From positions 65,701 through 129,700 of the forward strand of contig JAIXHQ010000001.1 in the NCBI GenBank assembly GCA_030145715.1: a stretch of 64,000 nt of DNA, written 5' to 3'. This document shows positions 44,777 to 55,082 of the stretch, one piece after another. The notes beneath the pieces are model-generated. The model had not been told where the DNA came from and searched no databases. It saw only the letters and a program-made list of their open reading frames with translations. The position numbers and the translations under genes are program-made. Every line of letters starts with the position of its first letter. The stretch's first letter is position 1. The stretch is from Sphingopyxis sp. GTDB lineage: Bacteria; Pseudomonadota; Alphaproteobacteria; Sphingomonadales; Sphingomonadaceae.

Positions 44777-45937
44777 TCAGGGCGCGGCGATTTTTTCGGG
44801 TAGCGTCTGGTGTGCGCGCGGGGCTGTGCGGCCCGTCACCCGCCCGATGATCGCCTTGCCCATCCGCTGTCCTGGCAGTTCGACCAGCCTATATGTGGCA
44901 AAGGCGAGCGCATAGGTCGCCGGCACCACCACCGCCCCGGTCAGGACGAAACGTCCGATCGCGCCAAGCCCCAGGCCGAACTGCCCGATAACCGCCGCCG
45001 CGACCGGCTGAAGGATCAACAGGTGGATCAGATAGGTGCCATAGGAAAGCTCGCCCAGCCAGTAAAAGGGCCGACTGCCGAACAATCGCGACACCCATGC
45101 GATCATGCCGATCCGGCGCCAGTGAACCAGCGCGAAGAAACCGATGACGAGAAACTCACGTACCACGATATGCAGCAGATCCTGTTCGCCGCCGATCGGA
45201 ATCGCGGCAAGCAGCATCGCGGCGCCAAGGCGGGTTCCCAACTGCGCGCGGCTGTCGCCCGGATCGACCGCGATCAGCATCCCGGCGAGGAAAAGCTGAA
45301 GCTTCAGCGGCAGAAAGGACGGCATCGGAAATTCGACGCCCGCCGCGCGGACGAACAGCGCGATACCCACGCCGATCGCCGCCGCCAGCAGGGCGGATGC
45401 GACCCATCCCAGCCGCCGCCCGAGCAGGATCAGAAATGGAAAGGCGAGATAGAATTGCATCTCCAGCCCCAGGCTCCAGTCGGGCAGCGGCGTCCGAAAC
45501 GCATAGTCCGGTAACAGCCCGAACAGAAAACTGAGGTGGAGGGCGATATTCGTGAACCCCGCGTCCGTATATCGTTCGGGCGGCTGGAGCGCCTGACCCA
45601 GAAAGCTGTCGATGGCCACCCGGTCGGCATAGATCATCGGTCCCGCGATCAGCGCCGCCGCCAGCGTCACATAGAAAAGCGGCGCCAGCCGAAAGAAGCG
45701 GCGGGTCCAGAACGCCGCCCATGTACCGGGCGCCGTCCAGTCCTCGCTCGCCGCGCGCAGCCTGTACTGGAACATCATCAGAAAGCCGGACAGCAGGATG
45801 AACAGGTCGACCCCCAGGTCGGGTTGGCTCATCAGCGGCAGGCGAAAACCGGTGAGGATCATCATATGGCCGATGAGCACCCACAGCGCCGCGACGCCGC
45901 GAAGGCCGTCCAGGCACTCGACTCGCCGAACGTCCAT
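44777..45937 (-). CDS. Acyltransferase 3 family (polysaccharide O-acyltransferase)
   Basis: LDGLRGVAA, GVDLFILLSGF, RRFFRL.P, WSL..EMQFY, LGELSYGTYLIH. Confidence 0.92.
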   Translation of the reverse strand: MDVRRVECLDGLRGVAALWVLIGHMMILTGFRLPLMSQPDLGVDLFILLSGFLMMFQYRLRAASEDWTAPGTWAAFWTRRFFRLAPLFYVTLAAALIAGPMIYADRVAIDSFLGQALQPPERYTDAGFTNIALHLSFLFGLLPDYAFRTPLPDWSLGLEMQFYLAFPFLILLGRRLGWVASALLAAAIGVGIALFVRAAGVEFPMPSFLPLKLQLFLAGMLIAVDPGDSRAQLGTRLGAAMLLAAIPIGGEQDLLHIVVREFLVIGFFALVHWRRIGMIAWVSRLFGSRPFYWLGELSYGTYLIHLLILQPVAAAVIGQFGLGLGAIGRFVLTGAVVVPATYALAFATYRLVELPGQRMGKAIIGRVTGRTAPRAHQTLPEKIAAP

Positions 45938-46050
45938 CGCACACCTCCGTCATCGTCCGCCGATGTTCGATCTGATAGCCGCATCGTCCTGCGAAACCCT
46001 TTCAAATCGGTCAAATGCCCCGGCGGGACGACGAAGCGGGTCGGCGTGTG

Positions 46051-46062
46051 TGCGCTGCAACA
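46051..46062. promoter_or_regulatory. TGC-N3-GCA box (PhaR-like) between the divergent acyltransferase and GT4 genes
   Basis: TGCGCTGCAACA. Confidence 0.45.
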
Positions 46063-46120
46063 AATTGGCGTGTTAAGGGTTGTTCACAGGCCGATTCAGC
46101 CGAAAAGCCAGCGAGGAAAA

Positions 46121-47302
46121 ATGCCGCATCGAAAGCGGATCCTGTTCGCCATCAACTCGCTTGCGGGAGGGGGCGCCGAGCGCGTTCTCGCGACCCTCCT
46201 CGGTGGTTCGGACCCGTGGCGGCCGCGTTACGACATCCATCTCGCGCTGCTCGACGACGAACCGCGCGCCTATGACGCGCCCGATTGGGTCACGGTCCAT
46301 CAACTCGATTGCCGCCACAAATTGCTGCCAAGCCTGATCCAGCTTCGCGCGCTTGTCGGCCGGCTGGCACCCGACGCGACGCTCAGTTTCCTGACCCGTG
46401 CCAATATCGCCAATGCCGCCGCGATGGCGGGGCGCGGTCGGCCGTGGCTCATCAGCGAACGGGTGAACACCAGCGCCCATCTGGGCGATGCTCGCGCCGC
46501 AAAGGCCATGGTGCGCCTGGTCTATCCCCGCGCCGCGCATGTCATCGCGGTGTCGGAGGGGGTGGTGGACGACCTCGCCGCCCATTTCGGCGTCTCGCGC
46601 GCCCGCATGTCGGCGGTCGCCAATCCGGTCGATCATCGCCGCATCGCCGAACTGGCCGCCGAACCGCCCGCCTTCGTGCCGGACGGCCCCTATATCGTCG
46701 CGGCCGGACGGCTGGTGCCGAACAAGAATTTCCCCCTGCTGCTCCGCGCTTATGCAAAGGCCGCGCCGTCCGCCCGACTCGTCATTCTGGGCGAAGGGCC
46801 GGACCGCGGCGCGCTGACCGCGCTGGCCGCGTCGCTGGGTATCGCCGACCGCGTCGATATGCCCGGCTTTGTCGCCAATCCCTTTGCCATGGTCGCCCGC
46901 GCACAGGCCTATGCCATGCCCTCGAACGCAGAGGGTTTTCCCAATGGCCTGGTCGAAGCGATGGCATGCGGGATCGCCGTCGTCGCCACCAACTGCGCGT
47001 CCGGCCCGTCGGAGATTCTGGCGGGACGGCCGCGCGAGGCCATCACCGGCGCGATCGACGTCGATGCCGGCGCGCTGGTTCCGACCGACGATGTCGACGC
47101 CTTTGCCGCCGCGCTGGGCCGGACGCTCGCCGAACCACGGCGCAGCACATGCGGCCGCAACGCACGGCAAAGGTCGCTGGCCTATGGCGTGGAACAGGCC
47201 GCCGCAAATTATTGGGCCAGGATAGAGGCGGCGCTGGCGGCGCCATCGACCAGGCCCGAACCGATAGACACCATAAAGTTACGCCCGGGAGTAAGTTCAT
47301 GA
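46121..47302 (+). CDS. Glycosyltransferase family 4
   Basis: GGGAER, AGRLVPNKN, EGFPNGLVEAMACG. Start at MPHRKR after a GAGG RBS. Confidence 0.9.
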   Translation: MPHRKRILFAINSLAGGGAERVLATLLGGSDPWRPRYDIHLALLDDEPRAYDAPDWVTVHQLDCRHKLLPSLIQLRALVGRLAPDATLSFLTRANIANAAAMAGRGRPWLISERVNTSAHLGDARAAKAMVRLVYPRAAHVIAVSEGVVDDLAAHFGVSRARMSAVANPVDHRRIAELAAEPPAFVPDGPYIVAAGRLVPNKNFPLLLRAYAKAAPSARLVILGEGPDRGALTALAASLGIADRVDMPGFVANPFAMVARAQAYAMPSNAEGFPNGLVEAMACGIAVVATNCASGPSEILAGRPREAITGAIDVDAGALVPTDDVDAFAAALGRTLAEPRRSTCGRNARQRSLAYGVEQAAANYWARIEAALAAPSTRPEPIDTIKLRPGVSS

Positions 47303-47862
47303 ATTGGTCGAAACAGATCGCGCTCGTCGGCGCATTGTCGATACTCGGCGGGTGCGCCGGACAGAGCCCGCTTGCCGGAAGCGGGGCCGCCCCGCCGCCC
47401 GCCACGGCGTTCGTCCTGTCGCCGGGGGACAAGATCAAGGTCCTGACCTATGGCGAAGAAACGCTGACCGGCGATTTCGAGGTTTCGCCCGCCGGAACGA
47501 TCGCCTTTCCGCTGATCGGAGAGGTCGAGGCCGCGGGATTGCAAACCGGCGAATTGTCGAAAGCGATCGAGGCGAAGCTGGGCAGCGGCTATCTGCTCGA
47601 CCCCAAAGTGTCGATTCAGGTCGCCAATTTCCGCCCCGTCTATGTGCTGGGCGAAGTGAACAAGCCGGGCGAATATCCCTATACACAGGGGCTGACGGTG
47701 CGCGGCGCGGTCGCCAAGGCCGACGGCTTCACCTATCGCGCCAATGAAAAGCGCGTCTTCCTGAAACGGGCGGGAGAGGCGGGCGAACAGGAATATCCGA
47801 TGGCCGCCGATCTGCCGGTGCTTCCCGGCGACACGATCCGTTTCGGCGAACGCTATTTCTGA
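47299..47862 (+). CDS. wza: Wza-like polysaccharide export lipoprotein
   Basis: Lipobox LGGC, L.PGDKI, G.I.FPLIGEV.AAG, VYVLGEV.KPG.Y. Confidence 0.88.
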   Translation: MNWSKQIALVGALSILGGCAGQSPLAGSGAAPPPATAFVLSPGDKIKVLTYGEETLTGDFEVSPAGTIAFPLIGEVEAAGLQTGELSKAIEAKLGSGYLLDPKVSIQVANFRPVYVLGEVNKPGEYPYTQGLTVRGAVAKADGFTYRANEKRVFLKRAGEAGEQEYPMAADLPVLPGDTIRFGERYF

Positions 47863-48608
47863 TGGACATGGCCGCGTCCACGGCGTCCGCGCCGACGTTC
47901 GACGAACCGCTGTCGGATGACAGCGGCAAGCCGCATCTGCGCGGCTGCCCCGTCAGTTTTGCCAAGCTCAAGGCGCTGCTCGCCGCCGATCTTTATCGCT
48001 ATGCGGGCCGCGTCGGCTTTGGTGCCTTTGCCCGCCATTATGCCTTTACCCCGGGCTATAAATATACCGTCCTGATGCGGACCACGGGCTGGCTCAAACT
48101 CAAACCCGCAAAGGCTTTCGGCCTATATCCCGTCGCCAAATGGCTGCTGCTGCGCGCACGATATAAATATGGCTTTGCCATCCCCGAATATATGGAGATC
48201 GGGCCGGGCCTGTTCCTCAACCGCTTCGGCGGATTCTATTTCCACGGCGACACGGTGCTGGGCAGCAATGTGAACGTCACGCACGGGGTCGTGCTGGGCT
48301 ATATGAACCGTGGCGCGCGGCGCGGCGCGCCGGTCATCGGCGACCGCAGCTTTCTGGGTTCGGGGGCAAAGGTCATCGGCGGCATTCATGTCGGTGTCGA
48401 GGCCGCGATCGGCGCCAATGCCGTCGTGACGCGCGACGTTCCCGACCGCGGCGTCGTGGGCGGCATTCCGGCAAAGCTGCTGTCCGATCAGGGGTCCGAC
48501 GGCTATATCAACCGCGTGGCGCCGCCGCATCTTCTGGCGGCCTGCGAAGGCGCGCTCCATGGGTCGCGGACATCCGCCCGGCCGGACGCTACAGCCCCGA
48601 AAAGGTAA
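47862..48608 (+). CDS. Hexapeptide-repeat O-acetyltransferase (serine acetyltransferase-like)
   Basis: GAPVIGD..FLGSGAKVIG, IGANAVVTRDVP...VVGGIPAK. Confidence 0.88.
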   Translation: MDMAASTASAPTFDEPLSDDSGKPHLRGCPVSFAKLKALLAADLYRYAGRVGFGAFARHYAFTPGYKYTVLMRTTGWLKLKPAKAFGLYPVAKWLLLRARYKYGFAIPEYMEIGPGLFLNRFGGFYFHGDTVLGSNVNVTHGVVLGYMNRGARRGAPVIGDRSFLGSGAKVIGGIHVGVEAAIGANAVVTRDVPDRGVVGGIPAKLLSDQGSDGYINRVAPPHLLAACEGALHGSRTSARPDATAPKR

Positions 48609-49887
48609 GGCCCACCGAAACGCGATTTTCCGTAAATTCGCGGCCGGCGTTGAGGCCCAGGCTCGATTGATTGCGCCGCTGCGCATCGACCCGCAACGCT
48701 ATCCGCTTGCTCACCAGCCACGACGCGCTGCCGCGCCATGTCCAGCGGTCGTCACGCCGTTCGATATTGTTGAAATCCCGCTTTTCCAGCTCGCCGCCAA
48801 CGCCGATAATCAGGTTGCGCAGCAACTCATAATCGGCGCGGAGCGTCATCTCGGTGGCAAGATAGCCGGTGGCGCCGTTGACCCCGGTTTCGCGAACGCT
48901 GCGGTCGATGGTGCCGGTGATCGTCACCAGCGGCGTCAGGAAATAGGCGAGCTCGCCGCGCACCAGCAAACCCGACACATCCTCGAACTCGACCGGCCGA
49001 TAATCCTGGCGAAGATAACCGAGCCGCATCGATCCGCGCGCCTTGCGCCCCAGTTCGAAACTGGCGCCACCCGCCACTTCAAAACCGCTGGAATCGCGCG
49101 CCGGGACGGGGCCGATGCGCTCGCGATAATCGCGGCGGTTGACCGACCCCGCGACGAACAGCGCGATACTGGGGCTCAACGCATATTCGCCGATCGCGGT
49201 GCCGGTATAGCTGCTATGGTCGCGAAAATCCTGATCGATATTGTCGCCGCCGGGCGTCACGCTGTCTTCGTAATTGCGGTTTTCGACATCGACGACCCCC
49301 CGGACGCGCAGCCGGTTAAAGACATGGGTATAGGTCGCGGTGGCGCCGCTCACGGTAAAGCGGATGGGCCGGGACGCCTGCGTCGGGCTGTCGGGCGACA
49401 CACGTTCCATCGCATAGCGGCCATGGCGCGCCGTCACGTTCAGCGTGTCGGACTTGCCGATGATATAGGATGCCCCGGCATTGACCGAATATTGGGTGGC
49501 ATTCTCGCTCGCGCGGTCGGCATAGCGCAGCAGGTCCAGCTCGCCGTCCAGCGACAGCCGCAACGTCGGCGACGGCCGGACCAGCGACACGCGCGGGCGG
49601 ATGCGCAGATAGGCATCGCCGATGCGATTGTCCCGCTGGGCATAAAGATTGTCGTCATAACCCGCCCCGATCGCCATGCGCGGCAACAGTTCGAGGACGC
49701 CGACGTGGATCGGTTCGGGCGTATAGTCGGGCCGGCGGCGTTCCAGCACCGCGATGTTGCGATCCCGCCCAAAGCTATTTTCGCTCGCCACCGAACCCAG
49801 GCCGTCGGTGGCATCCGATTTCTGCGCCAGCGCGGGCGACGCGATGCCGCCGCTGCCCAGCAGCGCCAACAGGATCGCCCTTTTCAT
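48589..49887 (-). CDS. Outer-membrane beta-barrel protein associated with polysaccharide export
   Basis: Signal peptide MKRAILLALL...ALAQ, GYDDNLYA, alternating beta-strand pattern, aromatic residue near the C-terminus. Confidence 0.85.
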   Translation of the reverse strand: MKRAILLALLGSGGIASPALAQKSDATDGLGSVASENSFGRDRNIAVLERRRPDYTPEPIHVGVLELLPRMAIGAGYDDNLYAQRDNRIGDAYLRIRPRVSLVRPSPTLRLSLDGELDLLRYADRASENATQYSVNAGASYIIGKSDTLNVTARHGRYAMERVSPDSPTQASRPIRFTVSGATATYTHVFNRLRVRGVVDVENRNYEDSVTPGGDNIDQDFRDHSSYTGTAIGEYALSPSIALFVAGSVNRRDYRERIGPVPARDSSGFEVAGGASFELGRKARGSMRLGYLRQDYRPVEFEDVSGLLVRGELAYFLTPLVTITGTIDRSVRETGVNGATGYLATEMTLRADYELLRNLIIGVGGELEKRDFNNIERRDDRWTWRGSASWLVSKRIALRVDAQRRNQSSLGLNAGREFTENRVSVGLTFSGL

Positions 49888-50801
49888 CGGCGCGCCAGCG
49901 TCACGAGGATCGGCCGGTGGTCGGACCCGGTCGCGGGCAATCGCCGCGCCGACACCAGCCCCCAATCGGGCCCGGCATACAGATGATCGATCGGCAGCAC
50001 GGAAAACGCGCGCGGCCAGCTTGGCATCGCGCGCGTCATTCGCGTCATCGGTGCAAAGGCGCGATCCTGCTCTCGCATCGCCGCCGCCCAGGGAGTGAGG
50101 TTCATGTCTCCCGCAACGATCAAGCGGTCACGTTCGATCCGTGCCAGCGCCCGCGCTACGTCGCGTCTGCGCACCGCCTGATCGCGCGATGTCGGCCATG
50201 GATAGTGAAAGGTCGCCACCGTCAGCGGCGCCGTGCCCGGCGGCGCGATCCGCGCCCACAGCAAAGGCGGACCGAATTTCCGGCCCGCGCGGTCCTTCAG
50301 GAAATAATCGCTGTCCACGATCGGCCAGCGCGACAGGATAGCGAGGTCGCATCCGGGCGGGCATTGCGTGGCATAGGCGAAATGCTGGTTCAGCGCCGCC
50401 AGCATCGGGCGAAAATTGCCGTTGACCTCCTGTAACATCACGATGTCCGCCCTGGCATCGATGATCGCCTGCGCGGTGTCGGCGGGATTGCTGTTGTCGG
50501 CCCACACATTGTGCGTCAGCACGCGAAGCTGCGCGCCGCCCGCGCCTGCCGCCGGAACATCCCGCAAAAATTCGGGCGCCATGCCGATCGCGACCGGCAC
50601 CAGCCCGATCAGCGCCGCGGCGATGGTCCAGCGCCGCCGTCGCCGCGCCAGCCCCAGCCCGATCAGCGTCACGACAGCAAACAGCGGCAGAAAGGACGCC
50701 AGCGGATCGAGCGGCGGGGCCAGTCCACCGGCCAGCGCCGCCCACGCGGCAAGGCAGCCCCCGCCGACCAGCACCACCCCCAGGACCCGCACCGCCCTCA
50801 C
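49884..50801 (-). CDS. Endonuclease/exonuclease/phosphatase family membrane protein
   Basis: N-terminal TMs, LTHNV, LQEV, AGDMNLTPW, PIDH, GSDHRP. Confidence 0.88.
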   Translation of the reverse strand: MRAVRVLGVVLVGGGCLAAWAALAGGLAPPLDPLASFLPLFAVVTLIGLGLARRRRRWTIAAALIGLVPVAIGMAPEFLRDVPAAGAGGAQLRVLTHNVWADNSNPADTAQAIIDARADIVMLQEVNGNFRPMLAALNQHFAYATQCPPGCDLAILSRWPIVDSDYFLKDRAGRKFGPPLLWARIAPPGTAPLTVATFHYPWPTSRDQAVRRRDVARALARIERDRLIVAGDMNLTPWAAAMREQDRAFAPMTRMTRAMPSWPRAFSVLPIDHLYAGPDWGLVSARRLPATGSDHRPILVTLARR

Positions 50802-51763
50802 GCGCGGGCGAACAAGCGTTCACGCAGGGCATGGCTGGATTGGCGGAGCGGCGCGGGGATCAGCTTGGCCGCGAGCAGCAGCGCCGCCGTGCTCGCCCCT
50901 TCGGGCAGGTAAATGTCCCCCATGCGGATCGACGTGCGGCCCGGATATTTCATCGCATAGCGCGCATAATGGGCGATTTCCTGGTTGACGAGCCGCCGCA
51001 GCAGCGCCGCCTCTTCCCTTGTCGCGCCGGTCATCATCGCGCGCGCGGTGTCGACCAGGCACGGCAGGTCGAGCGTCGTCGTCGACTTGCTCACCTTGTT
51101 GTCGCTGTCGCGGTGAAAGGTCGCCGTGACGCGCGGGTCGTACCGCAGCGGCCCCTGCCGCACCGCGCGCAGCCACAAATCCTTGTCGCCGCCGCGCACC
51201 GCGCGTCCTTCGGGAAACAGGCCCGCCGCGAACAGCGTGTCGCGCCGGATGGCGATCGCCCCGGTCCACATCGGGCATTCGCGCACCGCCAGCCATGCCG
51301 ACACAAAGGCCGCGAAATCCAGGGTGAGCGCCTGTTCCAGTTCGGCCGCGATCCGCTGCGGCTGCGCGCGGTTCGCGAAACGGTGGTCGAACCGCGTCGC
51401 CGCGGCGCACACCTGCGGGTCCGCCGCGATGCCCTCCGCCAGCACCGCCAGATGGTCGGCGGCCCACAGGTCGTCGGCGTCCAGAAAGGCGATCCAGTCG
51501 CCGCCCGCCGCCCGGATGCCGACATTCCGCCCCGCATAGCCGCCCGGCCCCGGCGTCGGCAGGTCCAGCAATTTTATCCGGTCGTCATCCATCGCGGCGA
51601 CCAGGTCGCGGCCGCCATCGGTCGATCGATTGTCGATCACCAATATCTCGTGCGCCGCAAATGTCTGGGACAGCGCGCTGTCGATGGCCGCGCGCACATG
51701 CGCGGCCTTGTTATACAGCGGCATGACCACCGAAAAGCGCGGCGAATATCCGGGGCCGCTCAT
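50798..51763 (-). CDS. Glycosyltransferase family 2
   Basis: SVVMPLYNK, DNRSTDG, RNVGI, FLDADD. Start at MSGPGYSPRF. Confidence 0.9.
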   Translation of the reverse strand: MSGPGYSPRFSVVMPLYNKAAHVRAAIDSALSQTFAAHEILVIDNRSTDGGRDLVAAMDDDRIKLLDLPTPGPGGYAGRNVGIRAAGGDWIAFLDADDLWAADHLAVLAEGIAADPQVCAAATRFDHRFANRAQPQRIAAELEQALTLDFAAFVSAWLAVRECPMWTGAIAIRRDTLFAAGLFPEGRAVRGGDKDLWLRAVRQGPLRYDPRVTATFHRDSDNKVSKSTTTLDLPCLVDTARAMMTGATREEAALLRRLVNQEIAHYARYAMKYPGRTSIRMGDIYLPEGASTAALLLAAKLIPAPLRQSSHALRERLFARA

Positions 51764-52632
51764 CAATCGCGCGCGGCCTTTTGCCCGCCCGCCAGGTCGA
51801 GATATTCGGCCACCGCCACGCCGGCAAGCTGCACGGTCAGCAACATCACGGCCAACCGCCGCCGCAACGACAATTCGCGCGTGATCGCCGCGCGGCGCAG
51901 CCGCCGGGCGGTGTCGAACGCCGTGACGCCAAGCACATTCGCAAGCCGCCGGGGACCGGCGGTGCGGTCCCAGCGTCCCCCGCTTAGCCGCTGGCGCTTG
52001 CGGACCAGTTCGGCGCGGCTCGCGCGCACCGGGTGCAGTACCCGCATCGCCGGGATATAGATCAGCGGCCTGCCCGATTCCTGGATGCGCAGCGCCATCT
52101 GCCGGTCGCCGCCCGATTTCAGCGCCGCGTCGAAACCGCCCAGTTCGCGAAGCAGTGCCGTTTCGCTGGCCCAGTTCGCGGTCGCGCAATTGCCGCGCGC
52201 CGCATGGGCCTGCGGGAAGCTGAACAACCGTTCGTAATCGCCGAACACCTCGCTTTCCGGCGCGATCTCGTCGACCAGTTCGATCTGACCGGCAAGCACG
52301 CCGAAACCGGGATTGGCCGCCGCCGCCGACAATATCTGTTCCAGCCAGTCGGGCGCGGGCTCGCAATCGGCGTCGGTAAAGGCGGTGATCGGGGCCATCA
52401 CCCGCTCGATCCCCATATTGCGCGCGGCATAGGAACCGGGACGTATTTCCTCCAACAGTTCGACGCGCGAATAGGACCGCGCGATCCGCGCCGTGGCGTC
52501 GTTCGATCCATTGTCGACGACGATGATCTGAAAGGCATCCTGCGGCACCGTCTGCCGCGCCAGCGCGTCGAGACAGCGGGCCAGCACCGCCTCGCCATTC
52601 CATACCGGTATGATGACTGCGACTTGAAACAT
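51763..52632 (-). CDS. Glycosyltransferase family 2
   Basis: VIIPVWN, VVDNGSND, ARNMGI, FTDADC. Confidence 0.9.
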   Translation of the reverse strand: MFQVAVIIPVWNGEAVLARCLDALARQTVPQDAFQIIVVDNGSNDATARIARSYSRVELLEEIRPGSYAARNMGIERVMAPITAFTDADCEPAPDWLEQILSAAAANPGFGVLAGQIELVDEIAPESEVFGDYERLFSFPQAHAARGNCATANWASETALLRELGGFDAALKSGGDRQMALRIQESGRPLIYIPAMRVLHPVRASRAELVRKRQRLSGGRWDRTAGPRRLANVLGVTAFDTARRLRRAAITRELSLRRRLAVMLLTVQLAGVAVAEYLDLAGGQKAARD

Positions 52633-52698
52633 GAATGTCCCTGTTCAGTGTCCCCGCGCCTGTTCAATCGGCCCCGCACCCCGCCCCGGTCAACCATA

Positions 52699-52713
52699 TG
52701 CTGCACCTGCGAA
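52699..52713. promoter_or_regulatory. TGCTGCACCTGCGAA box between the divergent GT2 and GT25 genes
   Basis: 14/15 identical to the reverse complement of 40819-40833, upstream of ugd. Confidence 0.5.
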
Positions 52714-52849
52714 GACGAATTGCCCCTTTGGCCGGACGACTGGAGCGGGAATGCCTTCGCTCTCAAATAATTGCCCGCTACCAAGGGATCGCCTTGGGCC
52801 GCTTGTCGGTACGGCATTGGTATCGGCGTGACGAGGAGGCGCATAATCC

Positions 52850-53611
52850 GTGGCTAAACCCCTCCCCGAATCGAGCCCCGCCGCCGAAGTGCTGGTGGTA
52901 TCGCTCGAATCGGCGCAGGCGCGGCGCGCCGCCTTTGCGGCGCGGGCCGCCGAAACTTCGCTTAAATGGCGCTTTTTCGATGCCTGCACCGCGCCGTCGC
53001 CGGACATGACGATCGACGAAGCCGCGATCCGCCGGAACAAGGGCCGCCCGATGAGCCGGGGAGAGATCGGCTGCTATGCCAGCCATTTCTCGATTTGGCA
53101 GGACATGATCGCGCGCGGCGTCGGTCAGGCGATCGTACTGGAGGACGACACGGTCGTCGACTGGGCCTATCTCGAACCCCTCGCCCGCACCGATCTTCAT
53201 GCAGAGGGGATCGACTATCTCCGGCTCTATTCCAAACGGCCGACGTGGCAGCGCGTGGTGCGACAGGATTTCCTTCAGCATTCGCGCGCGATCGTCGAAC
53301 TGATCGGGCTGGCCTATGGAACACAGGGCTATGCGATCACGCTCGACGGCGCGCGGCGGCTGGCCGCGCATTGCCGTACCGTCCGGCGCCCGATCGACGA
53401 TGAAATGGATCGGTCATGGGCGCATGGCCTGCCCAATCTCGCCCTTTATCCGGCACCGATCCTCGAAGCCGCGGTGGTTTCGGACATCGGCAATTCGCGG
53501 TTCCGGCCCAAGACCGATCCGCTTTATCATTCGGCGAAGCAACGGGTCTGGCGCCAGGTCGAACGCGCACGGATGCGGATGCTGAAAGCGAGGCGCCTGC
53601 TTGACCGCTGA
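52850..53611 (+). CDS. Glycosyltransferase family 25
   Basis: VVSL....RR, FFDA, GEIGCYASH, VLEDD, GTQGYAI, PIDD. Confidence 0.9.
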   Translation: MAKPLPESSPAAEVLVVSLESAQARRAAFAARAAETSLKWRFFDACTAPSPDMTIDEAAIRRNKGRPMSRGEIGCYASHFSIWQDMIARGVGQAIVLEDDTVVDWAYLEPLARTDLHAEGIDYLRLYSKRPTWQRVVRQDFLQHSRAIVELIGLAYGTQGYAITLDGARRLAAHCRTVRRPIDDEMDRSWAHGLPNLALYPAPILEAAVVSDIGNSRFRPKTDPLYHSAKQRVWRQVERARMRMLKARRLLDR

Positions 53612-55082
53612 TCGCCCCGCCCGCTTCGACGCCGGGTTACGCGCGCGCAGCCGCAGTTCGATCGGCTGGACGGTCACGCGGTTCCTGTCGGACCAGATAT
53701 TCTCTTTCGTCGTCTTCGTCATTCTCGCGCGCCTGCTGACGCGCGCGGACATCGGCGCCTTTGCCGTGATGGCCGTAACGGCAGAGGCCTTTCGCATCAT
53801 CGCCACCGCCGGTCTGGTTCAAACGATCGCGCGCAAACGCGATATGACGCCGGCCTTCCTCGACACCATCTATCGCTCGCAACAGGCCTTTTCCTTCCTC
53901 TCCGCAATCTTGATCGCCGCGCTGGCGGGACCGATCGCGGGCTGGATGGACGCGCCGGCCATCGCCCTGCCGCTCGCGGTGATGAGCCTGACGCTGCCGA
54001 TTTCATCGTTCGGCGCGACGCATATGGCGCTGCGGCTGCGCGAATTCGGGCACCGGACCACGGCGCTGCGGTCGGTCGTCGGCGGCTTGATCGGCGGCGC
54101 GTGCGCGGTTGCCGCGGCCTTCGCCGGACTGGGACTGTGGAGCCTCGTCATCCAGCGCCTTGTGACCGAAATCGTCGGCGTATTCCTGTCGCGCGGGTCC
54201 TATGACTGGACGCCCGGATGGCAGTTCGACTTTGCCATCCTGCGCGCCAATCTGATGCTGAATGCCAGCCTGATTTACGTTCAACTCGCCTTTCTGGCGA
54301 CGGTGCGGGTTCAGGAAATGGCGATCGGCGCCGGGATCGGGCTTGCCGCCGTCGGCATTTATCGCACCGCGTGGCGCACCGTCGAACTGATCGGGCGCGG
54401 CGCGATCCAGCCCTTTACCCAGGTCGCGGTCCAGACGCTCGCGCGGGTCAAGGACGACCCCGCCGAACTGCGCCATGCCTATCGCTGGATGATCTCGCGC
54501 GCGGCGGCGCTCTCCTTTCCCGCGCTCGTCGGCTTTGGCGCGCTGGCGCCCATCGCGATCCCGACCGTGTTCGGCGCCAAATGGGCGGAGGCCGGGCAAT
54601 TGGCCCAGATTTTCGCATTCATGGCGGTGCCCTTCACGCTCAATTTCTTCGCCTCGCCTTCGCTCAGCGTGCTGGGCGCGTCGCGCAGCCTGATCTCGCT
54701 GTCGACGACGCAGCTCGTGCTGGGTGTCATCCTGACTCTCGCGGCGCTGCCCTATGGCCTGTTCGCGGTTGCCGTGTCCTATGTGGGGCGCGCCTATCTG
54801 ACGCTGCCGATGCAGATCTGGCTGCTCCGCCGCGCCTCCGGCATTCGTCCCGCCGACAGTTTCCGCGCCGTCAGGGCGCCGCTTATCGCGTCCACGCTGA
54901 TGGGGGTGGCGCTGGCGATCGCGATGCGCCTGCTCGACACGCACATCACGGGTTGGCAGCTTTTGCTGCTGCTCGTCGCGCTTGGCGCATTTTTCTACGG
55001 CCTCGCGCTGCTCGTCATTTCGCGGGCGTGGCGCGGGCAACTCCTGTCCCTGTTCGGGCGCTTCCGAAAGATCTCTGCATGA
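53601..55082 (+). CDS. wzx: Wzx-type oligosaccharide flippase
   Basis: LARLL...DIG, G.WSLVIQ, VGIY, FGAKW; about 12 TMs. Confidence 0.88.
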   Translation: MTADRPARFDAGLRARSRSSIGWTVTRFLSDQIFSFVVFVILARLLTRADIGAFAVMAVTAEAFRIIATAGLVQTIARKRDMTPAFLDTIYRSQQAFSFLSAILIAALAGPIAGWMDAPAIALPLAVMSLTLPISSFGATHMALRLREFGHRTTALRSVVGGLIGGACAVAAAFAGLGLWSLVIQRLVTEIVGVFLSRGSYDWTPGWQFDFAILRANLMLNASLIYVQLAFLATVRVQEMAIGAGIGLAAVGIYRTAWRTVELIGRGAIQPFTQVAVQTLARVKDDPAELRHAYRWMISRAAALSFPALVGFGALAPIAIPTVFGAKWAEAGQLAQIFAFMAVPFTLNFFASPSLSVLGASRSLISLSTTQLVLGVILTLAALPYGLFAVAVSYVGRAYLTLPMQIWLLRRASGIRPADSFRAVRAPLIASTLMGVALAIAMRLLDTHITGWQLLLLLVALGAFFYGLALLVISRAWRGQLLSLFGRFRKISA

